From Deltaproteobacteria bacterium (GTDB lineage Bacteria; Myxococcota_A; Polyangia; HGW-17), in contig JAFGWM010000053.1 in NCBI GenBank assembly GCA_016937155.1, positions 15,495 to 79,494 on the forward strand: DNA of 64,000 bases, in the 5' to 3' direction. This document shows, piece after piece, positions 53,292 through 62,531 of the stretch (position 1 is the first letter of the stretch; each line of letters begins with the position of its first letter). The notes beneath the pieces were generated by a model, which had not been told where the DNA came from, ran no database searches, and worked only from the letters and a program-made list of their open reading frames with translations. The position numbers and the translations under genes are program-made.

Positions 53292-54695
53292 ATGATTACG
53301 GTTCTGCAACGGGTTAGTAAAGGTGAGGTCACAGTAGATGGAGAAACCAGAGGTTTTGATGGCCCCGGAGTGTGTGCACTTATTGCCATTACAGTTAATG
53401 ATACAGAAAAAGATGTCACCCTGATGGCTTCAAAAATTGTGTCTCAAAGGATCTTTTCTGATCAGGACGGACGGTTTAATTTCTCCGTAAAGGATGTAAA
53501 AGGAAGCATTCTGGCTGTTTCCAATTTTACTGTAGCTGCTGACACTTCAAGGGGAAACAGACCATCATTTTCCAATGCCATGCCTGGAGAAAATGCACAG
53601 TCTCTGTTTTCAAAACTTCTTCAGGAAATTGAAAAGCATAGACTTCCTGTATTCAGGGGAGTATTCGGAGCTCATATGGATATTCATCTGGTTAATGATG
53701 GACCTGTTACAGTGATTATTGATACATCATCTTCCGGGGACATGAAGAAATCAGACAGTAATAGTAAACACACTGAGAAATTCAGGAATGATCCTGATTC
53801 CATAATTGAAGGAGCTCTTTTGCCACTTTCATGGAATAATTTTTCAGCGGATGAAAAATCCAGAATAAACTCATTAGCATCCGGATTGGTTAATTATGAA
53901 TTACTTCGTAAGACTCTGGATATGTGTCTTTTATCTGAATCATCAAGTAGTGCTTTGTCGTGGCTTCAAAAATCCGGAGTATTTAAAGCTCTGGTTCCAG
54001 AAATTGAGGAAATGGTGTTTCTATCAAGTGAGGATGACAGAAGACACAAACATGTGTGGGATCATACACTTCAGGTTGTCAAGCAGACTCCACCCCAGCT
54101 TGAAATAAGATACGCCGCGTTATTCCACGATATTGGAAAAGCGAGAACAAGAAAATTTGAACCTGATGGAAAAGTAACCTTCTACGGACATGACAGTGTG
54201 GGAGCCAGAATGTTCTGGAAAATATCCAAAAAACTGGGTCTTTCAAAAGAGTTTACAGAATATGTGGCTTATCTTATCCGAAATCATCTGCGACCAGGGC
54301 AGTATTCTTCAGACTGGACATCAAGTGCTGTAAGACGATTCGACAGGGAAACCCGTGAAAATATGCTTGAGGATCTTCTTGAACTGGGAAGAGCAGATAT
54401 AACTTCGAAGAGACCTGGAAGAAGGGAGGATGCAGTACGGCTTATTGATGAGCTTTACAGCAGAATACTTGAAATAAGAGAAACAGATAATAAACTTCCG
54501 CCTCTTCCAAAGGGACTCGGAAATGAGATCATGAATGAATTCAAACTCAGACCGGGCCCAGTTCTTGGAATAATAAAAAATACACTTGAGCAGCAGATTA
54601 TTGAGGGAAATATTGAGCCCTTCATGGATTCATCATATTACATCTCCAGAATCAAAAACCTGTTTCCTGAAATAGGAGATAAAAATGATTCATAA
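53292..54695 (+). CDS. dtd: Fusion protein: D-aminoacyl-tRNA deacylase (Dtd) + Cca-type HD phosphohydrolase domain
   Basis: N-terminal ~145 aa is Dtd (MITVLQRVS..., SNFTVAADTSRGNRPSF, GVFGAHMDIHLVNDGPVTVIID). A Ser-rich linker follows, then HKHVWDHTLQV...ALFHDIGKA...FYGHDSVGA...LIRNHLR. One uninterrupted 467-aa frame. Confidence 0.75.
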   Translation: MITVLQRVSKGEVTVDGETRGFDGPGVCALIAITVNDTEKDVTLMASKIVSQRIFSDQDGRFNFSVKDVKGSILAVSNFTVAADTSRGNRPSFSNAMPGENAQSLFSKLLQEIEKHRLPVFRGVFGAHMDIHLVNDGPVTVIIDTSSSGDMKKSDSNSKHTEKFRNDPDSIIEGALLPLSWNNFSADEKSRINSLASGLVNYELLRKTLDMCLLSESSSSALSWLQKSGVFKALVPEIEEMVFLSSEDDRRHKHVWDHTLQVVKQTPPQLEIRYAALFHDIGKARTRKFEPDGKVTFYGHDSVGARMFWKISKKLGLSKEFTEYVAYLIRNHLRPGQYSSDWTSSAVRRFDRETRENMLEDLLELGRADITSKRPGRREDAVRLIDELYSRILEIRETDNKLPPLPKGLGNEIMNEFKLRPGPVLGIIKNTLEQQIIEGNIEPFMDSSYYISRIKNLFPEIGDKNDS

Positions 54696-55671
54696 CGGCA
54701 AAGGCATTAAAATTGGCAGTCTGGAGCTCAGACCACCTGTTTTACTTGCTCCCATGGCGGCAATAACCACACCTGCTGTGAGAAAAATAGCTGAAGAGTT
54801 TGGCGCAGGAGCTACCTTTACTGAAATGATCAGTGCTGCAGCACTTTTCAGAGGAATTAAAGCGGCTCGCTCTCTGGTGAGAAAAAGCGGTGAGAACGCT
54901 GTTTTTGCATCACAGATTTTTGGAAGTGATGCTCATGAAATGGCTTATGCTGCATGGTATCTGGTGGATAATGGCGTTCAGTGGATTGACATTAACATGG
55001 GATGTCCCATGAAGGATATCATTTCAAATGGCAGTGGAGCCGCACTGATGAAATCTCCTGAAAAAGCCGGTGAAATAGTTTCTGAAGTACTTAATTCTGC
55101 CGGGAAATTTGCATCCATCACAGTTAAATTCAGGGCTGGATGGGATTTTGCTTCAATCAATGCACCTGAATTTGCTGCTGAAATGGAAAAAGCAGGAGCC
55201 ATGGCAATGACTGTCCATGGAAGAACAAGAAGCCAGATTTATACGGGTAGCAGTAATCCTGAAATAATCAGGGATGTTAAAAAATCCGTAAAGGTTCCGG
55301 TTATTGCAAACGGTGATATTAAAACAGCTGCTGATGCCGCCAGAATTCTGGAAATAACAGGTGCTGATGGAGTAATGCTGGCTCGTGGTACCTTTGGAAA
55401 TCCCTGGATGGTAAAGGATATTGTACATTATTTTGAATCAGGAGAAGTTGTCGAAACACCTATCACTCCTGAACACAGACTTGAGATTATTTTAAAACAT
55501 CTGGATCTCATTGAAATGGAAAATGGACCTGATTCCCTTCAACAAAGCAGAAAACAAATTGCCTGGTATTCAAAAAATGTCAGGGATTCCTCTACTTTCA
55601 GAAAAATGGTCTTTTCAACTCCCGATATTGATTCACTTAGAAATCTTGCCAGAGAAATTTTCACCCGTTAA
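54685..55671 (+). CDS. dus: tRNA-dihydrouridine synthase
   Basis: 328 aa. LAPMAAITTPAVR, DINMGCP, TVHGRTR, IANGDI blocks. Overlaps the dtd-HD gene by 11 nt. Confidence 0.88.
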   Translation: MIHNGKGIKIGSLELRPPVLLAPMAAITTPAVRKIAEEFGAGATFTEMISAAALFRGIKAARSLVRKSGENAVFASQIFGSDAHEMAYAAWYLVDNGVQWIDINMGCPMKDIISNGSGAALMKSPEKAGEIVSEVLNSAGKFASITVKFRAGWDFASINAPEFAAEMEKAGAMAMTVHGRTRSQIYTGSSNPEIIRDVKKSVKVPVIANGDIKTAADAARILEITGADGVMLARGTFGNPWMVKDIVHYFESGEVVETPITPEHRLEIILKHLDLIEMENGPDSLQQSRKQIAWYSKNVRDSSTFRKMVFSTPDIDSLRNLAREIFTR

Positions 55672-56549
55672 AACCCGTAAAAATCTGCTATCTGATATTG
55701 TGGGAACTGCTCAGATACAAGGGAAAAATAATCAATCGGGGAAATGATGTTTCCTGATACTGATGATGAATTTAGAGATATTCCAAGAATTTCAGGTTTC
55801 TTCTGAACTCTAAGCACAGTCAGTGCTTTTCTGAGAATATTATCCGGAAGAAAAATATGTGATGGAGAAGGTACATTAATAATTTTTCCAGGTTCAAATA
55901 CATCCTTGAAAACAGACTCTGTCAGAGGACCATTGATATCAATATGTTCAAAAGATATATCTTCTCTGGTCATCTTTTTGATTTCAAGAAGTTCCAGACG
56001 TCTTTTCAGCCACATTATACTGGCTTCAACTGTGGGAAATGTTCCAGGAGAAACAGCGATAATAATATAATGTTCAGAAGTAGATGTAACAGTCCAGCGA
56101 TTAAAACTACCATCAATGAGAATAATATTATTAAACTTTTCAAGTATTTTTATATAGCCCCACAAACTGTCATTGGAGGGTGCTCCAAAAAGTTCCACTG
56201 TTCCAGAGTTTTTTATTAGAAATACACCCAGATAATCATCTGAAGCAAGTTTAGTATTCAATGGATAAATCAACTCAGCCTGTGTATTTTTGAGTCCTTT
56301 GGCTGTTGTTACAATAATATCTCCATTTTGCACACTTACCGGAGGTTTTCTTATGGAATAAAGGGCATCAGTATCTTCACCATCATGACCTGTAGTCATC
56401 AGTGAAAATTTTTGCAGATGCTCTCTCCAACTGGCCATAACTGCGTTCAGTGTACTGGTTTTCCCTGAGTTCTTCTGACTGCCCACAATAAAAACATTTC
56501 CCGCATGTGGAGGTGGTGAAATTCGTCCTAACATTACAATACCTGACAA
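55668..56549 (-). CDS. Hypothetical P-loop NTPase-like protein
   Basis: 293 aa. Walker-A-like VGSQKNSGKTST followed by MTTGHDGEDTD. Family not recognised. Stop overlaps the dus stop (TTAA). Confidence 0.4.
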   Translation of the reverse strand: MSGIVMLGRISPPPHAGNVFIVGSQKNSGKTSTLNAVMASWREHLQKFSLMTTGHDGEDTDALYSIRKPPVSVQNGDIIVTTAKGLKNTQAELIYPLNTKLASDDYLGVFLIKNSGTVELFGAPSNDSLWGYIKILEKFNNIILIDGSFNRWTVTSTSEHYIIIAVSPGTFPTVEASIMWLKRRLELLEIKKMTREDISFEHIDINGPLTESVFKDVFEPGKIINVPSPSHIFLPDNILRKALTVLRVQKKPEILGISLNSSSVSGNIISPIDYFSLVSEQFPQYQIADFYGF

Positions 56550-56664
56550 CTATCAGTATCAGTCAGGAATACAATTATCAAGATCCATGTTTGCATCATT
56601 AACAAAAATTGAGTATAACTCTTGTGCGACTTCATTTATCCATTAATAGATTCAAAGGTGAGGG

Positions 56665-57417
56665 ATGCGAACATACCTGATATTTTCCATTTTTTTCTCA
56701 TTGACGTTTTTCGGATGCGCCAGACCCACGAAATGTACTCTGGTATCCTATTCCAAAATTGAGAAGGATATTATCAGTGCATCACCGGATTCATATCTGA
56801 ACATTATTCTCTCACCTGCTTATCTTACTGTTAACGGGGCCCGAGTAGGAGAGATCAGAAACGGTAAACTAAAGGATCAAACCGATAACGAATCTTATAA
56901 TCCACTGATGGAAGCCGTCTATGATTATTTTCGCAGGCGGGGTGATGAACCATACACAAGGATTATTTTATATCTTCACAAAAATCATAAGCCGGAACTG
57001 GTAAATCTAATCTTCAGGACAGTCTCCAGAACATACCTTGCACCGGTGGTTATGATGCCTTACAATTTTTCTGTTACAGACTGCAAATATAAACCGCCTC
57101 AGATGGAGATGAACCCAAAAACCGTGTACAAACTACCCGGAAGGCTGCTGATACGACAGGAAAAATCCCGAATTCTTGTGGATGGACATGTCATCACTGA
57201 ACTCACTGATGGAAAAATCCCGGTGGGTGACTTCGGAAAGGAAGGACTTTTAATTAACCCCCTTCTAGAAGTGTTAAAAAAGAATATCTTTAAAAAAAAT
57301 ATAGTTCCTGTACTTTACATCACATTCGATGCCGATATGAAGGTAACCAGACATATTTTAATCACTGCGGGCAAGGCAGGCATTTACAAACTTAGAACCT
57401 ACAGGGTTCTGCCATGA
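56665..57417 (+). CDS. Hypothetical lipoprotein with internally duplicated ExbD/TolR-like halves
   Basis: 250 aa. Lipobox FFGC. Halves align (LTVNGARVGEIRNGKL / ILVDGHVITELTDGKI; YNPLMEAV / INPLLEVL). Confidence 0.45.
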   Translation: MRTYLIFSIFFSLTFFGCARPTKCTLVSYSKIEKDIISASPDSYLNIILSPAYLTVNGARVGEIRNGKLKDQTDNESYNPLMEAVYDYFRRRGDEPYTRIILYLHKNHKPELVNLIFRTVSRTYLAPVVMMPYNFSVTDCKYKPPQMEMNPKTVYKLPGRLLIRQEKSRILVDGHVITELTDGKIPVGDFGKEGLLINPLLEVLKKNIFKKNIVPVLYITFDADMKVTRHILITAGKAGIYKLRTYRVLP

Positions 57418-57878
57418 AATTTTTCTTTTTTTTAACCTTGCTCCTTTCATTAAATTCATGCACTGAGTATACCGGCGGCAGTGTTGAAATAGCATGGGTA
57501 ATCAGAGGCACAGACCACAGAGTGTATGCCTGTGATGCCAGCATTTTAGGTGATAAGTATATCCATTCCATTCGACTGAAAATTATAGGGGAAAACGAGC
57601 CATATAAGGATGTGGATATTTGTGAAAATGGACTGGTTGAAAACTGCATCTTCAGATGCAAAGCAAGTAGCGGAGGGTCAACCCAGAGAGGTGTTACAAC
57701 ATTTTCAATTCCTTCAGGAGTGTGGTTTGTGGGTATGGTTCCTCTGGATTCAAATGGAGAGGAAATTCCCCCACATGTTATTCAGGTACCTCAGGTTGTA
57801 AAAACCACCATTGCTCCAGGAGAACTCACTTTCATGGGCGTATGGCAACTGGTCATTGATCTCAATATTCAGAAATAA
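57414..57878 (+). CDS. Hypothetical small lipoprotein
   Basis: 154 aa. Lipobox SLNSC. ATGA overlap with the preceding lipoprotein gene. Confidence 0.5.
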   Translation: MKFFFFLTLLLSLNSCTEYTGGSVEIAWVIRGTDHRVYACDASILGDKYIHSIRLKIIGENEPYKDVDICENGLVENCIFRCKASSGGSTQRGVTTFSIPSGVWFVGMVPLDSNGEEIPPHVIQVPQVVKTTIAPGELTFMGVWQLVIDLNIQK

Positions 57879-57881
57879 AGG

Positions 57882-59015
57882 TTAGATCATAAACTGGAAA
57901 ATTTTCTCTATCCTGTTTCTAATCTTGGTATATTCATTAATAAAATCGAAATGCTGAGCTTTAAATGTCTGGCTGTAGTGTTTTTTTCTGTTGGCCATTG
58001 CAACTTCATCCCGGTACTGAAGCAGATGCTCAAACATCATTTTTCTGGTACTGAAACTCAGATGTTTTTTTCTCAAATCAAGAAGTTTCGCATCCGATGG
58101 AGTGAAATGCCCCTCCCTCTGGGTTCCCTGAACTGACTCAATTTCGAAGATATCAAGCGGGCCACTTTCTCCTGGAACATTGTCAAAAACATAGCAATGA
58201 CTGTTGGGAAAATTTGTTTTCAACGCATTTGCTACTGTTGTTCCTGGCAAATCCGGAAGATTTGAATTAACAAGAGCAAAGTCAACTTCAAGATCTCCAA
58301 TAGAACTCAGAACTTCACTTCCAAGACTTGCATTTGAAATTGACCAGCCGCGTTCCTGGGGGAATTCGGATCTTAAAACCGGATAGAGTTCAGATGCGGT
58401 TTCAACCACCAAAATCTTGAAATCAACATAATCTTCAGCTAAAGATGATGGTGAAAGATTTTCTTCAAGATCCATAACCCTTATATGGAGCGCCATAAGA
58501 TTTTTGAAAAATTTATGATGAATTTTCAGGATACTCTGTAAAAGCACATCACGTTCATCCTGATAACGTTTCTGTGTCGCATACTGAATAACTCTTGCTG
58601 CCAGAAAATTATTTTCAACTTTATTGGTGAGAACACATTCATCACAACCGTTGGTGTATGCTTTTACTATTCTTTTAGGGCTGCATTTTCTACCAACAGC
58701 GAGTATTACAAATGATCCTGGACTCTTCTCTTTCACTTTGACTACGGTATCAAGACCACCATTTTCAGATAATGCATCGAGATCTATGATTACCACAGAG
58801 AAGAATTTTTCATAAAGAAGCTCTTCCACCTGAGATTGAGAATTACTTTCCCATAAAAACAGACCCCTCGATGTAATCTCTTCCTTCAAATATGGAATAT
58901 AATCAGCATCAGGCCCGATATACAGAATTTCCAAACCAGTAAATGCCGGCATTTTTATCTCCATTTCCCTAAACTTTACCAAAAGTCTGAATGTATCATA
59001 AAACAGAATACGCAT
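57882..59015 (-). CDS. Hypothetical protein with two receiver-like (probably pseudo-receiver) domains
   Basis: 377 aa. LEILYIGPDAD...VVIIDLDAL...ILAVGRK and FKILVVETAS...FALVNSNLPDLPG resemble REC strands, but the acidic pocket is incomplete. Confidence 0.4.
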   Translation of the reverse strand: MRILFYDTFRLLVKFREMEIKMPAFTGLEILYIGPDADYIPYLKEEITSRGLFLWESNSQSQVEELLYEKFFSVVIIDLDALSENGGLDTVVKVKEKSPGSFVILAVGRKCSPKRIVKAYTNGCDECVLTNKVENNFLAARVIQYATQKRYQDERDVLLQSILKIHHKFFKNLMALHIRVMDLEENLSPSSLAEDYVDFKILVVETASELYPVLRSEFPQERGWSISNASLGSEVLSSIGDLEVDFALVNSNLPDLPGTTVANALKTNFPNSHCYVFDNVPGESGPLDIFEIESVQGTQREGHFTPSDAKLLDLRKKHLSFSTRKMMFEHLLQYRDEVAMANRKKHYSQTFKAQHFDFINEYTKIRNRIEKIFQFMI

Positions 59016-59246
59016 AAATTCTTCAGGAAAGTTACAAAATTTCTCATTTGAATTGTATTTTCATCTCTGAAAATTATGAATTGTGTAATCCTCCTGAACA
59101 AACAATTATCTACTTATAATAAAGTAAGACTTCAGGTATTCACTCATGATAGATGCGTATTATACATTCAGGCAAAAAGTTATGCAGAATTTCAGAAAAT
59201 TTAATCTCGGCAATAAAATTTCAGTGGAAAAGAAGAATCAGAAGAA

Positions 59247-61814
59247 TTAATAACAGCCGGAAGTGCCAGGAGCGACAAAACAGATTGATGTTTCATCGTT
59301 GATATCCTCTGAATTACAGCTGTATGTAGTTGAATCATCCGCTGTAGGCCCAATAATACCTGTAGTTGAATCAGCACCGTTTTCAACTCCGGCGTCCTTA
59401 ATCTGAACAAGAATATTTCCGTCCTCAAACATAATTATTTCAAAGGTTCCCGCAATATTTGTATCAGACCATGAGTAATGATGGAAGTTATCAAATTCAA
59501 CTATTGTACAGCCCAAATCACCAAGACCCCATGGACATGATTCAAATTTTTTGTAGTATGCACTATCAACAAGATCAGGATTCAGATCATCCCAGTAAGG
59601 AGCAATAAGGTTGAAATAGCTGTAAGAACCACTTAAAGGACACACATTGCTGTCAACGCCTAGACCTTCATCAAATGAAATAAAGCCATTTGCGCTTATA
59701 TAAAACTGGTTTTTTGTATATCCATAATAATTAAAATCAAATCCGATATTAAATGGACCCGAATAATTATAATCATCAAGAGTAGTTATCGCTGTTGCAT
59801 CCTGATCAGCATTCAGTTCAATCCAGGCGAAGTTTGCTGTAGTGTTAGCATAAACATACTGACACCCGGTTGTATCCAGTGAACCGCAGTCAGATGCACA
59901 TGCAACATCACCCATAAGCCCCAGACTTTCACAGGTAACTCCAGCAGTATCTGTGCCGTCACAAACTTCAGTTCCATCAACTGTATTGTTACCACAGCCA
60001 CCATTACATGAATCATAATTAAAGGAGCAATCAGCATTGCAGTTCATTGCTCCATCAACAAATCCGTATTCACTGCAAAGTGCTCCGCCGAGATCTGTTC
60101 CATCACACTCCTCAGTTCCTTCAAGGAAATTATTTCCACAACCATCGGTGCACTGATCAAAATCAAATTTACAGTTGCTTCCACAGGCCAGAGTACCACC
60201 TGAAAAGCCATGATCAGTACAGTCATCACCATTTAACTCCATGGTGTCACAATCCTCGAGACCTTCTATGACATAATTTCCACAGGTTGGTTCAATGCAA
60301 TTGGTCGTGTCATACCCGTTGCACTCCCCGTTACACGCAAGCAGACCACCAATATATCCCTCACCGAGAGAGACACATGTTTTTCCATTCAGACTGGTAC
60401 CATCACACACTTCATCACCGGTAATTGAATTATCACCACAAAATGGGGCCAGACATTCAGATACATCGTATCCATAACAGGTTTCATCACATCGGAGTGT
60501 TCCACTGTAGTATCCCTCTCCCAAACTGAGACATGTAGCAGTACCCACATCATCCCCGTCACAAAGTTCATCACCATTTTTGGAGCCGTCACCACACGCT
60601 GGAAGAACACATAAGCCATCATCATATCCATCACACTGATCATTACATGCTAAAACACCTGAAACATAACCCCCTGGAATGCTGGTGCAACTCTGACCAT
60701 TAAGATTATCTGAATCACAGACTTCGTTTCCTTCAATAAGGCCGTCACCACATGGTGGAAGTGTACATGCCTCAACATTCCAGCCATCACAACTGTCATT
60801 ACAGGCAAGAACGCCTCCGGTATAACCCATACCTATACTTGCGCAATTCTGTCCATCAAGATTTGTACCGTCACAGGTTTCAAGACCGTGAAGAAGGTTA
60901 TCACCGCAATCAGGTTCTGTGCATCCTGTAACATCCCAGCCATCGCATGTACTGTTACAAGCCAGACTTCCGCCAATATAACCATGGCCAATAGTTTCAC
61001 AGCTCTGACCGTTTAGATTTGAGCTGTCACAGATTTCACCGGAATTTATAACATCATTTCCACATGTAAGACAGTTGGTGGTATCAAACTGGCAATTTGC
61101 ATTGCAGAGAAGTTCTCCACCCACAAACCCCTGACCCAGAGATACACAGGATTGTCCGTTTAAATCAGATGCTTCACATGCTTCCAAACCATTTATTTCA
61201 CCATCGCCGCAGCTGGGTGCTGTACAATCTGATGCATTGAAAGTGCAATTATCATTACACTTCAGGATACCACCACTGAAACCTAGTGATTCACAGGTAT
61301 TTGTACCAAGAGCATCACCATCACAGCTTTCACCTGATTCAATGGTTCCATTGCCACATTCCTGACTGATGATAACACAATTGGAAGTAATATAACCATC
61401 ACATGTACTGTTACACTGGAGTTGGCCACCCGTGAAACCACCCTCCACCGTGAGACAGGTTTCTTCCCCAAGATCTGTGCCATCGCAGGTTTCAGTACCT
61501 TCAATAATTCCATTCCCACAATCGGGATTTCCTGTGGTGCACTGTGAAACATCATAGGAACTGCAGTCACTGCTGCAACTGAGAGAACCACCTGTGTACC
61601 CCTGACCTATGCTGGAGCAGTCATTTCCTCCAAGGTCTGTTCCATCACAAGTTTCTAAAGCTTCAATCAGGTTATTTCCACATGATACATTATTGGTTGT
61701 GTTGTTTGTTGTGTTATTGGTGATATTGTTGCTTGTGTTGTTAGAATCATCATCACAGCCAAAAACACCACCAGCCAGTACTGTAACTATAAGAAAAAAT
61801 TTCAGTGTTCTCAT
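59247..61814 (-). CDS. Lipoprotein with 12 Myxococcus-type cysteine-rich repeats (DUF4215-like) and a ~200-aa C-terminal domain
   Basis: 855 aa. Lipobox VFGC, then Asn/Thr linker NNTSNNITNNTTNNTTNN. 12 units of CG(D/N)(G/N)xxxxxExCD...L.G..C.S.G.G(Y/F).GG.L.C...C..(Y/W/F)D...C. Confidence 0.8.
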   Translation of the reverse strand: MRTLKFFLIVTVLAGGVFGCDDDSNNTSNNITNNTTNNTTNNVSCGNNLIEALETCDGTDLGGNDCSSIGQGYTGGSLSCSSDCSSYDVSQCTTGNPDCGNGIIEGTETCDGTDLGEETCLTVEGGFTGGQLQCNSTCDGYITSNCVIISQECGNGTIESGESCDGDALGTNTCESLGFSGGILKCNDNCTFNASDCTAPSCGDGEINGLEACEASDLNGQSCVSLGQGFVGGELLCNANCQFDTTNCLTCGNDVINSGEICDSSNLNGQSCETIGHGYIGGSLACNSTCDGWDVTGCTEPDCGDNLLHGLETCDGTNLDGQNCASIGMGYTGGVLACNDSCDGWNVEACTLPPCGDGLIEGNEVCDSDNLNGQSCTSIPGGYVSGVLACNDQCDGYDDGLCVLPACGDGSKNGDELCDGDDVGTATCLSLGEGYYSGTLRCDETCYGYDVSECLAPFCGDNSITGDEVCDGTSLNGKTCVSLGEGYIGGLLACNGECNGYDTTNCIEPTCGNYVIEGLEDCDTMELNGDDCTDHGFSGGTLACGSNCKFDFDQCTDGCGNNFLEGTEECDGTDLGGALCSEYGFVDGAMNCNADCSFNYDSCNGGCGNNTVDGTEVCDGTDTAGVTCESLGLMGDVACASDCGSLDTTGCQYVYANTTANFAWIELNADQDATAITTLDDYNYSGPFNIGFDFNYYGYTKNQFYISANGFISFDEGLGVDSNVCPLSGSYSYFNLIAPYWDDLNPDLVDSAYYKKFESCPWGLGDLGCTIVEFDNFHHYSWSDTNIAGTFEIIMFEDGNILVQIKDAGVENGADSTTGIIGPTADDSTTYSCNSEDINDETSICFVAPGTSGCY
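59862..61682 (-). repeat. 12 tandem ~50-codon cysteine-rich coding repeats
   Basis: Counted from the translation, residues 45-651. Six conserved Cys per unit. Confidence 0.85.
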
Positions 61815-61924
61815 AAAAAGCTCCTCACAGGAAATCAGAAAATTTCAGTTCGCTACCAGTATATTTACTACAACATTTCCAGAAAACGACAAGTATTATC
61901 CCCCCATCAATTGATATTTATTGA

Positions 61925-62272
61925 TTATTCCATATCCATGGTTTCAAACTCTGTCACTTCTGCAAGACCGGTTTTCTCAGCATAATCATACTGTCCTTCA
62001 ATAAGATATCCCTGACCGCTGATCGGATCGATAGTCTTTCCCTTGAACAAAATACCGGTGGAATTGTTTTCCATTGTTTTAATCTCATCCAGATAGACGT
62101 GAAACTCTCTTTTGTGAAGCTCGTTATCTCCAATGAGAAATGGTATTGGCAACTGAGTCACTTCTTTCGGGGCTGTCCAGTCATCAATTTTAGGTGTCTG
62201 CAGCCATAGAAAGCGTCTCTCAGGACCGCTGAAAATTTTGAATACACGCTGTGTTTTAATTTCATGTTGCAT
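61925..62272 (-). CDS. Hypothetical protein
   Basis: 115-aa ORF with no recognisable motif. Confidence 0.4.
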   Translation of the reverse strand: MQHEIKTQRVFKIFSGPERRFLWLQTPKIDDWTAPKEVTQLPIPFLIGDNELHKREFHVYLDEIKTMENNSTGILFKGKTIDPISGQGYLIEGQYDYAEKTGLAEVTEFETMDME

Positions 62273-62531
62273 GGTTTCGCCAGTCTATGGTATTTGTCCC
62301 CTGATTTCAATAGCACAGTTTTACAAAAAACTGATTTACAGGTTATAACTTATTTTTCGACCGTATTCACTTTTTTTTAAGTTCTTTCACTTCTTCCAGA
62401 CTCCTCTACCGGAATCCGGGAGAAATAACATAATCTGTATGCCAGTTTTTTGTAAAAAGTTGTTGTTTTGCAAAAAATCACAACTTTTTTCTGACCAGTT
62501 GTCATAGATGGAGAAGCGATAGACTGAAACA

